From IMG/VR virus record IMGVR_UViG_3300036770_006296, positions 142,618 through 206,617 of that record: a DNA stretch of 64,000 nucleotides; one strand, written 5' to 3'. Below, piece after piece: positions 1 through 9,799 of this stretch. The stretch's first letter is position 1; each line of letters begins with the position of its first letter. The translations under genes were made by a program, and so were the position numbers. The notes under the pieces are model-generated. The model had not been told where the DNA came from and did no database searches. It saw nothing but the letters and a program-made list of their open reading frames with translations.

Positions 1-15
1 GTAAAAATAAATTAA

Positions 16-213
16 GTGAGAAAAATGAAATTACATCTGATAACCATTCTTGTAGTAGCAACAGTGCTTTCAATTTTGTACTTTTTGTTAATAAGTCCAA
101 CTATAATGTCTTTTATTCTTTTGGTAGGCATAATATCATTAGGCACGTGGGCTTTGATTAAATTTTATAAATTTGTCTACGCGACAGTTAAAAATCTAGT
201 TGGAAATGAATAA
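16..213 (+). CDS. small membrane protein
   Basis: ORF with two hydrophobic segments. Confidence 0.55.
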   Translation: MRKMKLHLITILVVATVLSILYFLLISPTIMSFILLVGIISLGTWALIKFYKFVYATVKNLVGNE

Positions 214-490
214 AGATAAAGCATTCGGCAAACTTATTACCTCAGATGGGATCGTTAAGGATTTGCAATTTTCTAAAAAAATGGTCACACTAAAAGAAAT
301 GCAGGATTGTGTTGGCGGATACATTGAATTCGTTTGGCTTAAGGATAATAAAATTCTCGTAGTTAATGAGGATGGAAAAATAACAGGATTACCAGATAAT
401 CTTACTGCCACTAAGTTAATAAGAGAACAGGGTATAAGCGACCACATAGTAGGCGATGCTCTTTTAATAGATCTTAAATACGTAGATTAA
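200..490 (+). CDS. DUF3846-like phage protein
   Basis: LKEMQDCVGGYIE...VNEDGK...N..AT...IVGDALL pattern. Confidence 0.65.
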   Translation: MEMNKDKAFGKLITSDGIVKDLQFSKKMVTLKEMQDCVGGYIEFVWLKDNKILVVNEDGKITGLPDNLTATKLIREQGISDHIVGDALLIDLKYVD

Positions 491-657
491 TGCACAAGAA
501 GGAAAAAAACAAACAATCTAATTCTTTTTACGCGTACAACAATTTAAAAAGACGAGTGATGGAAAATCCTAATCCAGAAGAAAAAGACTGGATAAGACTA
601 AAATATGAGGATAAAATGGATTGGATTAACAAACACGGAAAGATCCTAGAGTTCTAG
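490..657 (+). CDS. hypothetical protein (55 aa, not in ORF track)
   Basis: ATG overlaps upstream TAA; MHKKEKNKQS...GKILEF*. Confidence 0.5.
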   Translation: MHKKEKNKQSNSFYAYNNLKRRVMENPNPEEKDWIRLKYEDKMDWINKHGKILEF

Positions 658-658
658 A

Positions 659-1054
659 TTATCTTAATTCGTAGTAATCTATTCCATTCGTTATCACCCC
701 ATAGATGTTGTCATCTATTATAAAATTATACGCTCTTCCTATTATAGATTCGGGAAGTCTTGAAAGATCTCTTTTAGAGACAAGAACCGCTATAGGCTTT
801 TCCCTCACGTATCCACTAGGACTCATTACTATCTCTCTATTTAATATTTTAGAAAATTGATTAACTGAAGCCATCGAAACAGATCCTGGATATTTCCATT
901 CCTCTTGGGATATTAAATAGGGATCAATTAAATCATCAATAGCAAAAATAAAAGGAGTTTTACCGGTTTTTGTAATCAGGTATTCTAGCTCACTTCTTGT
1001 TATAGGAGCAGGATCTTTCGTAAAGAAATTTTCAAATAATATTAAATTTTTCAT
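659..1054 (-). CDS. hypothetical protein with shared N-terminal motif (MKNLILFENF)
   Basis: ORF; N-terminal motif shared with many late proteins. Confidence 0.7.
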   Translation of the reverse strand: MKNLILFENFFTKDPAPITRSELEYLITKTGKTPFIFAIDDLIDPYLISQEEWKYPGSVSMASVNQFSKILNREIVMSPSGYVREKPIAVLVSKRDLSRLPESIIGRAYNFIIDDNIYGVITNGIDYYELR

Positions 1055-1058
1055 TTTT

Positions 1059-2654
1059 TCATTTCTTTAATTTCCAGCTTATTGCTCCAGCCCATGAGTC
1101 TTCCAGAGTTCTGAGATCGAAAGGAATAGTAATCTTTCCTGTTGCACTACCAGAAGTTCCCATTACTCTGTACGTCCCCCTTTGTCTATCTAAGTCGTGG
1201 ATTACTCCTTCGGAATTTCCTGAACTTACTCTATCCCCTATTTTTATGTAATCTAAATGTGGGTATTTAGAAGAGATTTCTTTCTCTGGCTCTTCCTCTA
1301 CAACTAGTAAAATTTTATTTATTTTATTTTTTAATATTTTCTCTAGATCTGCTCTTATTTCCACTTCTGGATCCTGGGATATTTTTTTCAATTCATTTGT
1401 AGCATAGTCAAGTACTGAGTTCAATAATATTTTTTTCTCGCCAGCATTAATAATTATTGGGGTTGGTTCTTTTAATAAATAACCTCCTGGTCTCCACATT
1501 CTTCTCTCTATGCTTTCCGCTGATGTTCCCTGCATATCTGCTACTGCATCTAAGAAAGATTTTTTAAGGAGATTAACTTTATATCTTTCGTCCGGCTCGT
1601 ATTTTTTACCGCTTGGTCCAAAATTGTATAGGGCGTAACAAAATATATTTTCATTTATTTTTTTTATTGATTCTTTGGCGATTTTAGAGAAGATGTCAGA
1701 TCCTTTTAATCTTTCCTCAGTTATATTTTTTGTTATGTCTACAATGCCTGATAGAATTTCAACTATTTTATTGGAGATATCTCTTAGGTCTACTCCTTGA
1801 TTTATATTATCGTCTATGATGATCATTTTTCCGAAGTTGCCAGCATTATCCCCTAATCCACAATGGTGTACAGCGCTTATAAATGCTTCTGTTGCTGTGT
1901 TATATTTTGGTCTTAGCGAGCTTCTTATTCCTCCCATTTCCCCGGAGGATCTTATTTCAAAGCTAGGATCTTTCCCTTCTTGTGCTTGTATTGATAGATT
2001 AGCTATCATTCCATCTATCCATGGCTCTACCCTTCGCATAGTGGGTGAATATCTAGGTTTCTCGTCTCCTTTTCTGTGTATTACTTTGCCAGTCCTTTTA
2101 TTGATTACATCTTTCTCGTAGTATCCTCTGGGTATATCAAGCTCTGATTCTATTTTTCTGTTATATGAATCCCAGTCTACAGCCTGCATAACATCTGTAT
2201 ATTTTATTTTTGGTATACTGATTACTGTAGCATTTGGATAGATATTTAAAAAAGATCCCTCCATTTTCTTAACAAGATCCCTGCTACTTCCTATGGTTAC
2301 TATGTAGTCTATATTTCCCTCTATATTATTTGTGAAGGTGTATCTAAAAAAATCCTCCAAGGTTTCACCAGGAGCCATCGAAAAACGGTCATCTTTTAAA
2401 GGATCCATTATAAATTTCTTAGCATTATCACCTTCCTCTGTGTCAGCAACATATGGAGTTCTTGGATAAAGACCAAAATATATTTTTATATTTGCTATAC
2501 CTCTTTCCGAAAAATTAAGATTGTTTGGATTTATTGTTTTTAGTAGCTCATTGGGGTTACTTGGATCGTTTTTTACAGATAAATATGTTTTCCCCTCACT
2601 ATCGTACCAAGCACCCTCGTTTATAAACTGTAGGAAATTTTTAAGATGATTCAT
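1059..2654 (-). CDS. hypothetical protein with N-terminal motif and PRTase-like PRPP loop
   Basis: MNHLKNFLQFINE start; MIIIDDNINQGVDL resembles hhhhDDhhxxG. Confidence 0.6.
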   Translation of the reverse strand: MNHLKNFLQFINEGAWYDSEGKTYLSVKNDPSNPNELLKTINPNNLNFSERGIANIKIYFGLYPRTPYVADTEEGDNAKKFIMDPLKDDRFSMAPGETLEDFFRYTFTNNIEGNIDYIVTIGSSRDLVKKMEGSFLNIYPNATVISIPKIKYTDVMQAVDWDSYNRKIESELDIPRGYYEKDVINKRTGKVIHRKGDEKPRYSPTMRRVEPWIDGMIANLSIQAQEGKDPSFEIRSSGEMGGIRSSLRPKYNTATEAFISAVHHCGLGDNAGNFGKMIIIDDNINQGVDLRDISNKIVEILSGIVDITKNITEERLKGSDIFSKIAKESIKKINENIFCYALYNFGPSGKKYEPDERYKVNLLKKSFLDAVADMQGTSAESIERRMWRPGGYLLKEPTPIIINAGEKKILLNSVLDYATNELKKISQDPEVEIRADLEKILKNKINKILLVVEEEPEKEISSKYPHLDYIKIGDRVSSGNSEGVIHDLDRQRGTYRVMGTSGSATGKITIPFDLRTLEDSWAGAISWKLKK

Positions 2655-2657
2655 CGG

Positions 2658-2694
2658 AATCTTTTTTTTATTTACTTTATAATCTCTACCTTTA
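2658..2694 (+). promoter_or_regulatory. class I (host-type) promoter AATC-T-run-...-TAnnTTT(G/A)
   Basis: AATC at 2658, TACCTTTA at 2687; same 29-nt offset as other copies. Confidence 0.55.
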
Positions 2695-2707
2695 CAAAAA
2701 ATAGAAT

Positions 2708-3184
2708 ATGACTTATATATCCTTTACTAAAGTAGATCTACCTTATGGATGGCTAGGAAACATGTCACCTTATCCAGTAAAATACGATGGTAAGATCTGG
2801 AGGACAACAGAAGCTCTCTTTCAGGCTCTTCGGTTCAACGATGATTCTATAAAAGAAGCTATAAGAAACGAGAAAAGTCCAATGGGGGCTAAATTAAAAG
2901 CTAAGTCTCTTATGAAATTAGATCCATCTAAGGTTTGCGTTTCCCCTCTTTCTGATACTGATTTGGAAAATATGAGAATGTGTATTAGACTTAAATTGGA
3001 ACAGCACCCTCATTTACTTAGCGAGTTATTAAAGACTGGAGGCTCCAAAATATACGAGGATGTTACTTCACGTGGTAAAAGAGGTAGTAATCTATTCTGG
3101 GGAGCTCTAATGGAGAATGGGGCATGGATAGGAGAAAATCATTTGGGAAAAATATGGGAGGATATTAGAGAATCTTACAGATAA
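2708..3184 (+). CDS. NADAR family protein (YbiA/RibX-like)
   Basis: WLGNMSPYPV, TEALFQA, KLEQHP.L...L, FWG...GENHLGKI motifs. Confidence 0.85.
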   Translation: MTYISFTKVDLPYGWLGNMSPYPVKYDGKIWRTTEALFQALRFNDDSIKEAIRNEKSPMGAKLKAKSLMKLDPSKVCVSPLSDTDLENMRMCIRLKLEQHPHLLSELLKTGGSKIYEDVTSRGKRGSNLFWGALMENGAWIGENHLGKIWEDIRESYR

Positions 3185-3254
3185 TTTTCTCCCTCGTATT
3201 TTTATTTTTGTGTTTATTTTTGTATTATAATTAAAATCAATAAAAAGTTCAATT

Positions 3255-3596
3255 ATGGCTGTTAAAATGGAATCAGCAGATTTGCTGAAAGAGTACTTTA
3301 ATGGGGTTCTAAGTAGAGCCGATCATCACGCTCAGGGTGTTCAAGAAATTTCACTAGCTCTATTAGGTGCTGTCATCTGGAAAGCTGATGGCGACATAGA
3401 AGTTAAGTCTGTTAAAAACGAGGGGATGGGTAATATCCTTTGGTTCAACACTAGCGGTAGTAGGTATGCAATGTACTACAATCATGCTAATGTTAAGATA
3501 GAACTTCGTGAGAGAACTATGAATGGTGACACTCTCCATGAGTTCGACAACACTACGCCTATTTCTGAGGTGTTTACTGTTTTTAAGGATCTGTAA
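3255..3596 (+). CDS. VCH_CASS14-like integron-cassette family protein
   Basis: Y.NGV..RADHHA..V..I.LAL.GA.IW pattern (recognised from memory). Confidence 0.55.
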   Translation: MAVKMESADLLKEYFNGVLSRADHHAQGVQEISLALLGAVIWKADGDIEVKSVKNEGMGNILWFNTSGSRYAMYYNHANVKIELRERTMNGDTLHEFDNTTPISEVFTVFKDL

Positions 3597-3605
3597 AAGA
3601 TCTTT

Positions 3606-3731
3606 AGTCAGGTGGCGGAATTGGTAGACGCATAAATAAAGGTTAACAGTAAGGATAACGTAGAGTAACCTTGAAATACCCATAAGTATAGCTCATAAGT
3701 TATCATACAGGTTCGAATCCTGTCCTGACTA
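3606..3731 (+). ncRNA. tRNA-like RNA with Leu-type acceptor/D/T arms and an expanded non-canonical anticodon region
   Basis: AGTCAGG/CCTGACT-A acceptor, GGCGGAATTGGTAGACGC D region, ACAGG-TTCGAAT-CCTGT T arm; ~75 nt insert with no canonical anticodon loop. Confidence 0.65.
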
Positions 3732-3917
3732 CTAAATTAAATATTATGTGGGTAAGAAAAACACCAAACAAATGGCAAAATGTAGTTGAGATAATAATAA
3801 TTTTATTATTAATGATAACCTGGTCATTATTAGTCAAAAGTATAACAAATGAAATACTTCCAATAAAATAAGTATTTAATGAATCAGAAAAAAGTGTGAA
3901 TTTTTAAAACATTTAGT

Positions 3918-4256
3918 ATGAGATCAAGAGTTGAATACATTTTTCATAGGGAATTTAAAAACGATAAATCCTTTATGGATAAGCCATCCTTACTAGGGGC
4001 AATTTTCCCTAGAAAATATTCCGATACTGACATGCGAGAAACATTTCATAGGGGTGCTAGAATTGGCATTGAAATAGGATTAAACGAAGCATCCCCACAG
4101 GGGCAGAGAATACAATTGGACAATAATACTGATCTTAAACATAGAGAGTTTCTCGAAAAAATGTATGCACTTTGCGAAGAATACGAATGCTCCATTGAAT
4201 ATCATCCCGAAGTTGGTATGATCGTTTTAGATAAAATGAATAGTTATGAAAGATAA
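3918..4256 (+). CDS. hypothetical protein
   Basis: ORF in co-oriented run. Confidence 0.6.
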   Translation: MRSRVEYIFHREFKNDKSFMDKPSLLGAIFPRKYSDTDMRETFHRGARIGIEIGLNEASPQGQRIQLDNNTDLKHREFLEKMYALCEEYECSIEYHPEVGMIVLDKMNSYER

Positions 4257-4449
4257 TAAACAAAGTCCAGTAGAAAGAATATTTGAACAATTCAATCTAC
4301 TATCTGATGCTGAATTTAAATCCTGGATGTTAAACCAGCATGATAATTTACACGAAGCGGAAAGAAAAATTCTTGCAGAAGAATATATGAAAGGCAAAAA
4401 GAAGGGTAAAAGATTAACCACAACAAGCACTTTAGTAAGGGGAAAATGA
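4246..4449 (+). CDS. hypothetical protein
   Basis: overlapping start/stop with neighbours. Confidence 0.55.
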   Translation: MKDNKQSPVERIFEQFNLLSDAEFKSWMLNQHDNLHEAERKILAEEYMKGKKKGKRLTTTSTLVRGK

Positions 4450-4685
4450 ATAGATTAATTATAATTTTATTAGTAGCAATTTTTGCCTCTTGCTCAGAAA
4501 GAAGAGGATCTAAAGCTCCTGATTCAAAAAGAATGGAATTAGATTCTACATCCCAATACTACGACCAGAACTACAAAGTTTATACACTTGAAGGGTGTGA
4601 ATATATTGTAGTTGGATATGGAAATACTAGATGGGGATCTCATAAAGGTAATTGTAAAAATCCTATTCATAATGGAAACAAATAG
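4446..4685 (+). CDS. putative lipoprotein
   Basis: signal peptide with lipobox-like FASC. Confidence 0.6.
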   Translation: MNRLIIILLVAIFASCSERRGSKAPDSKRMELDSTSQYYDQNYKVYTLEGCEYIVVGYGNTRWGSHKGNCKNPIHNGNK

Positions 4686-4861
4686 AATAGTAACATTCAG
4701 CTGTAGTAATAAGATACACATCTACGAAAGAGGATGTGGAAAATTACCTAATCCCCCATATAAAAAACACGATAACATAGATTCAGCTGTTTTTTATATG
4801 TCCCAGGTTTTAGGTGTTAATGATATAGAGATAGTAATAGAAAAAAAATTAAAAAGAGAGA

Positions 4862-5074
4862 GTGATGAAATTAACTGATGATCAGAAGGAATTTATAATA
4901 AAAAAGTATGAATCAGCAGATATGGAAGGTTTTCCTTTCGAAGAAAAAGTTGAAATCATAGTAGATTACATGTTGGATGAGGATATTGAAGATATTTCGG
5001 ACGACGAGGACGGAGACGCGCATGAAGATCTATATAACACAGTTTGGGAATATCTAGAATCTCTTCCTGAATAA
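4862..5074 (+). CDS. small acidic hypothetical protein
   Basis: ORF, very D/E-rich. Confidence 0.6.
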   Translation: MMKLTDDQKEFIIKKYESADMEGFPFEEKVEIIVDYMLDEDIEDISDDEDGDAHEDLYNTVWEYLESLPE

Positions 5075-5130
5075 AATTAATAAATCCTTTTTTATAAATA
5101 TCATTTTTCTCTATCTTAGTAGAAAACAGA

Positions 5131-5424
5131 ATGATAGATTATCTAAAATCCCAGGGATACTACGAAATAAGAGAAATTAATTCCAGGGGAATCTGCGGAT
5201 TGATGGATTTTATGTTCACTACAGGACTTGTGATAGGAATGGACAGGATTGGCTATTTCGGAAGGTACTGTTATAAAACTAGGCAAGAGGCTCTAGATGC
5301 CCTTAATAAATGGGATGGATCAGGAGATCCTCCCGGAAATTGGATAAAATACAAAGGATCTGGCGGGGAAAGAGAGAATCCCAATAATACTAATGGATGT
5401 TTAAATTGTTCTAAAAATGGATAA
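5131..5424 (+). CDS. hypothetical protein
   Basis: downstream of class I promoter 5083-5119. Confidence 0.65.
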   Translation: MIDYLKSQGYYEIREINSRGICGLMDFMFTTGLVIGMDRIGYFGRYCYKTRQEALDALNKWDGSGDPPGNWIKYKGSGGERENPNNTNGCLNCSKNG

Positions 5425-6031
5425 GATTTTTTTACCCGAGGATCTAATTGATATGGTTTCTAAACAAAGAGATTCTTTTTCTCATCTTATGGCTTTAAGA
5501 GATAAAGGAATGGAGCTCTACAAAAGATACGATTCTAGAGAAAAATTTAGGAGCGGTGTTTCTTGGCATGTTCCAACTCAATCTCTTGTAGATTTACTTA
5601 AATTACATTCTCCTTTAGTTTCTGTGGGAAGTGGATTTGCATACACAGAAAGTATAGCCAAAGAACAAGGGGCAGATATTATAGCAACGGATTTAAAACC
5701 GAACAAAGAAAATGCGTGGTGTAGAGATGGCGAGTTCTTTTGTGATGTCGAAGAAATAGATGCAGTTTCTGCAGTCAAGAAATATAAAGAACGGAATGTA
5801 TTTATGGCTTGGCCTCCTTATGATACAGACATGGCTTATAATGTAGCTTTAAATATGATGCCCGGATCAGTCTTGATATATGTCGGAGAAGGATGGGGAG
5901 GATGCAACGGAGACGACGAATTTTTCCAATATCTTAGCGATCAATTTGAGGAGATTGATGATCTAGCGATTCCTAAATGGTTCGGATTGAATGATTATTG
6001 TTCAGTTTATCGAAAAAAAGACAAAAAATAA
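5417..6031 (+). CDS. putative SAM-dependent methyltransferase-fold protein
   Basis: VSVGSGFAY motif-I-like, ATD, MAWPPY, YVGE..GGCNGD. Confidence 0.55.
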   Translation: MDKIFLPEDLIDMVSKQRDSFSHLMALRDKGMELYKRYDSREKFRSGVSWHVPTQSLVDLLKLHSPLVSVGSGFAYTESIAKEQGADIIATDLKPNKENAWCRDGEFFCDVEEIDAVSAVKKYKERNVFMAWPPYDTDMAYNVALNMMPGSVLIYVGEGWGGCNGDDEFFQYLSDQFEEIDDLAIPKWFGLNDYCSVYRKKDKK

Positions 6032-6099
6032 AGAAATCCTTTTTTTATAAAGATCCAATATTCTAACTTAGCAGACAATTTAAATTAAAAATATAAAGA

Positions 6100-6960
6100 A
6101 TGAGACAACTTAAGATCACATCGAGTATTACAAGTAGGGAAGATAAAGCTTTAGAAAAATATTTACAAGATATTTCAAAGGAGGAAATGATTACTGCCGA
6201 CGAGGAAACACATTTAACCAGAAGAATAAAAGATGGGGACCAGGAGGCTTTAGATAAAATGGTTAGAGCAAACTTAAGATTCGTTGTGTCAGTTGCCAAG
6301 CAATATCAACATCAAGGTCTTCCCCTGGTTGATCTAATAAACGAGGGAAATGTTGGACTGATAAAAGCTGCTAAAAAATTCGATGAGACAAGGGGATTTA
6401 AGTTTATATCGTATGCTGTTTGGTGGATTAGACAAGCAATAATGGAAGCTCTTTCAGAGAAAGCGAGAGTTATAAGAATACCTTTAAATCAAGTTGGTGT
6501 TTTAAGTAAAATAAACAAGGCATATGCTAGATTAGAGCAGGATCTAGGTAGAGCTCCATCCTCTGAAGAGATAGCAGATGAACTGGATCTCCCAGAACAG
6601 AAAGTCAAAGACACTTTAAGCAGTTCGAGAAATCATGTATCCTACGACGCTCCAATGGGGGGTGACCAAGAAAACTCCTCAATGATAGAAGTACTAAGCA
6701 ACGATTTCCCCTCAACAGATTCTATAATGATAGAGGAATCCTTAAGGGTTGATATTGAAAGAAGTCTCTCCGCCTTAGATCCTAAATGTAGAGAGATAAT
6801 AAAATTAAACTACGGAATAGGATACACACATCCTAAATCATTAGATGAGATTGGTGAAAAATACTCTCTGACTAAGGAAAGAGTAAGACAGATTAGAGAA
6901 AAGGGTCTTAGAAAGCTAAGGGTTGAATCTAGAAGCAAAACACTAAAACAATATCTCTAG
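6100..6960 (+). CDS. rpoD: RNA polymerase sigma70 factor, RpoD/SigA family (short Bacteroidota type)
   Basis: ANLRFVVSVAKQY, DLINEGNVGL, FDETRGFKFISYAVWWIRQ, region 4 LTKERVRQIREK. Confidence 0.95.
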   Translation: MRQLKITSSITSREDKALEKYLQDISKEEMITADEETHLTRRIKDGDQEALDKMVRANLRFVVSVAKQYQHQGLPLVDLINEGNVGLIKAAKKFDETRGFKFISYAVWWIRQAIMEALSEKARVIRIPLNQVGVLSKINKAYARLEQDLGRAPSSEEIADELDLPEQKVKDTLSSSRNHVSYDAPMGGDQENSSMIEVLSNDFPSTDSIMIEESLRVDIERSLSALDPKCREIIKLNYGIGYTHPKSLDEIGEKYSLTKERVRQIREKGLRKLRVESRSKTLKQYL

Positions 6961-6972
6961 GATAAATAATAT

Positions 6973-7173
6973 GTGAAAGATTTTTTAAAATATCTAGTGG
7001 TGTGGATAAGTGAGAACTTATCCATTCCTTTTTGGATAGTTGGACATATACATCTTACCATGAACATTTACGGGGATCTCTATGAGGTCCTTTGTTCTTT
7101 AGGGATGAATATTATTGTTGGTGCTGGTTTTTACCTATCTTATAAAGAATGGAAAAAGAATAAAGATATATAG
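6973..7173 (+). CDS. small membrane protein
   Basis: hydrophobic ORF; GATAAATA upstream. Confidence 0.55.
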   Translation: MKDFLKYLVVWISENLSIPFWIVGHIHLTMNIYGDLYEVLCSLGMNIIVGAGFYLSYKEWKKNKDI

Positions 7174-7193
7174 AAAGAACAAAAAAAATAAAT

Positions 7194-8798
7194 ATGAATT
7201 ACATAGAAACTTTCGAATCCTTCTACAACTTTGCTCCTAATGATGGAGGTGCTAACATTAACGAATTATTCTCTTTAAATCAGAGCTGTATGCCTAAATA
7301 TACATGCGAAGAATTCAAGAATTTATTTTCTTCCTATCTAAACGAGTCAGAAGAATATATGGATGATGATTCTTTAAATGAAGCTCACGCATACTACGAA
7401 ATCGCAATGCTTTCTGAAGCTAGATCTTCGTGGGGAGAAACCGAAGGGGATATTCATTATGTAGACGCAGAAACACACGTTATACTAGTTAAAAATTCAG
7501 AGGCTTTTATTATAGAAAAGAAAACTTTAGACTATGTACAGAATAACAATCTTAATGAGTTTAAAATGTTTTCGTTTAGTGATCTTAAAAAAGCATATCA
7601 CAAATTAAAGGATAAAGCTGTTGATTATGCTAAGAAAAAAATAAGCAACGCTAAGGAATTTGTTGCTAAGTCTTGGGATAAAATGTCAGATGGTGCTAAA
7701 AAAGCATGGGAATGGATGAAAACAGCAGTATCGGCCAGCGCTAAATTTGTAGGAGATAACTTAGAAACAATAACGATTGTTCTTACTGTACTTGGTTCAG
7801 TTTTAGGAATAGCTGGAGGACTTTTAACAGCAGTAGGAATAGGACCTATACTTACAGCAATTGCTGGGGGTATTATGGCTATAAATGGTGGTATACACAT
7901 ATATGAAGGATTCCATAAAATTCATCACGCAACTGAGATATCTAAGGATGTACCGGTAGATCCTATTGCTAAATTTGCGGCAGGTATGATTAAAGCTGGT
8001 CCTGATCTTTTCCTAGGATTATTATTTCTTCCTCTTGGATTTTATGATATAAGCCACGGATTAACAGAAGCACTAGCAAATCCAGCAGCAGGATCTATTG
8101 CCGCAGGGGTTAAAGAAACTGCTAAAGCTGCTTCAAAATCTTGGTTAGGAAATCTGGGCCACACTATAGAAAAAGTATTAGGTGGATTTCTTAAAAATTT
8201 CTTTGCTAATCCTAAAGTTGGCGCAGCAGTTGGCGCGGGTGTAGTCGGGGGAATTACAATCCTTGGTGCTAAATTCTTTACCGATGTTTGTGGGTGGCTT
8301 TATGAATTTATGCTTAAAAGTAGTGATTCGATACTTAAAGGAATAAATTGGCTTCTCGACATACCTAAAAAATTAACGGATGCGATTGATAAATTTTCTA
8401 AAGTTGCAGATGGATTTTTATCGAAGATAATAGCTAAAGGGTTAAGTGCTATAGTTAAGCCTATGACATCTTATTTAGCTAAAATATGTGAAAAATATTT
8501 TAAACCATTAGTTGATAAATCACGAAAATTTATACAAAGACAGATTGCTGCTAAAAAACTCTTAGATGCAGAAATGGAAAAAGCACACGGGGGTCATGGA
8601 AAAGGGGCGGACAATAAAAAACACGGAGAAATTCCAAAATCTAAAGGCAAGCCCTTATTTAAAATGGGAACTGTAGAGATTGAAAAAAAGGATGCCAAAT
8701 ATGCTTCTAAGGTAAATAAAGGAATTAAAAAAGTTAAAGAATCACAAGTCTGGGAAAATAAATATATTGGTTCTTTTGATGATTTAGAATTCATCTAG
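7194..8798 (+). CDS. putative virion-internal/membrane-inserting protein
   Basis: MNYIETFESF motif, GATATATA at 7165, central Gly/Ala-rich hydrophobic helices. Confidence 0.6.
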   Translation: MNYIETFESFYNFAPNDGGANINELFSLNQSCMPKYTCEEFKNLFSSYLNESEEYMDDDSLNEAHAYYEIAMLSEARSSWGETEGDIHYVDAETHVILVKNSEAFIIEKKTLDYVQNNNLNEFKMFSFSDLKKAYHKLKDKAVDYAKKKISNAKEFVAKSWDKMSDGAKKAWEWMKTAVSASAKFVGDNLETITIVLTVLGSVLGIAGGLLTAVGIGPILTAIAGGIMAINGGIHIYEGFHKIHHATEISKDVPVDPIAKFAAGMIKAGPDLFLGLLFLPLGFYDISHGLTEALANPAAGSIAAGVKETAKAASKSWLGNLGHTIEKVLGGFLKNFFANPKVGAAVGAGVVGGITILGAKFFTDVCGWLYEFMLKSSDSILKGINWLLDIPKKLTDAIDKFSKVADGFLSKIIAKGLSAIVKPMTSYLAKICEKYFKPLVDKSRKFIQRQIAAKKLLDAEMEKAHGGHGKGADNKKHGEIPKSKGKPLFKMGTVEIEKKDAKYASKVNKGIKKVKESQVWENKYIGSFDDLEFI

Positions 8799-8870
8799 TC
8801 TAGCTTATCTATTATCCGCATTGTAATAGATAGCGATAACAAGATTATTAATGACCCCGTTTAATTATAT

Positions 8871-9077
8871 ATGATAGCATATACAATTTCTGTCATCTTA
8901 TTTACCCTTATAATAGCATCTGGAATTTTCTTTTGGGTAGTATCGATGTTTACTGGAAAGGTAGAAAAGCCAATTCTATCCCTAATAGGATATGTATTTT
9001 GGCCAATAAGTCTTGTTTTTATATGGATTTATGCCTATTTTTACAATAAATACCAGAAGGGAAGAAAGGATATATAA
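8871..9077 (+). CDS. small membrane protein
   Basis: two hydrophobic segments. Confidence 0.55.
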   Translation: MIAYTISVILFTLIIASGIFFWVVSMFTGKVEKPILSLIGYVFWPISLVFIWIYAYFYNKYQKGRKDI

Positions 9078-9081
9078 ATCT

Positions 9082-9765
9082 ATGAAGAGGATAAAACTTT
9101 TTGAAAATTTTGACAATGAAGGGAAGTACTTATGGCCTGAAGCGGCGCTGTGGATAGAAGAACTTCATCCAGAAGAAATATGTTTTTTAGCTCTTTATGT
9201 TTCAATTGTAGAATACAACAAAAATCTTCCCTATAACAGAAGTACAGAAGATCTGCTTTTTCCTATAAAAACCGATTATAAAAGTTATGAATTAGAACCG
9301 GATTCTTATGACGATGAAGATGGAATTTCTAATTTTGAACTCTATTATGAAATACCATCAAAGAACAAAGAAAATTGTATATTTTCTATTGATGTTACAG
9401 GCAAAGGACATTTCACCCAAATTAGAAGAGGTGGATATATGGAGCCAGACGAAGGGGGTGAACCTATCCTTGATTCAATAGAATTTGATTCTGCTTACTA
9501 TTTAGATTCCAAAGAGGAGACGGAAATAAATTTTTCTGATAACTCTTATATTTTTAAATCTGACATTCTAACAAAAAAAGATCTAACTAACATAATAGAG
9601 TATGCCGCAGCTCAAAGAATAGAAGCTGATGATAATACGGATACTCATAAGCCTTTTATTCCACAAAGATTAATGGACAAGTGTCAAGAAATTAGAAAGA
9701 ATCATCCGGATTCAGTAAAAGGTGGTAATTTGCTGAACAGATTTGGAATTTTGGGAACAAACTAG
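9082..9765 (+). CDS. hypothetical late protein (MKRIKLFENF...KGGNLLNRFGI)
   Basis: start reassigned to ATG 9082 just after GATATATA at 9069. Confidence 0.7.
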   Translation: MKRIKLFENFDNEGKYLWPEAALWIEELHPEEICFLALYVSIVEYNKNLPYNRSTEDLLFPIKTDYKSYELEPDSYDDEDGISNFELYYEIPSKNKENCIFSIDVTGKGHFTQIRRGGYMEPDEGGEPILDSIEFDSAYYLDSKEETEINFSDNSYIFKSDILTKKDLTNIIEYAAAQRIEADDNTDTHKPFIPQRLMDKCQEIRKNHPDSVKGGNLLNRFGILGTN

Positions 9766-9799
9766 AATTTATTAGTATAAGGATAGTTAAATCCTTAAA

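Noticed and set aside
3363-3683. Minus-strand 106-aa ORF
   Set aside because: Antisense to a credible gene and to the tRNA-like element.
7194-8798. Tape measure protein
   Set aside because: Too short, no tail-gene context and no regular repeat periodicity.
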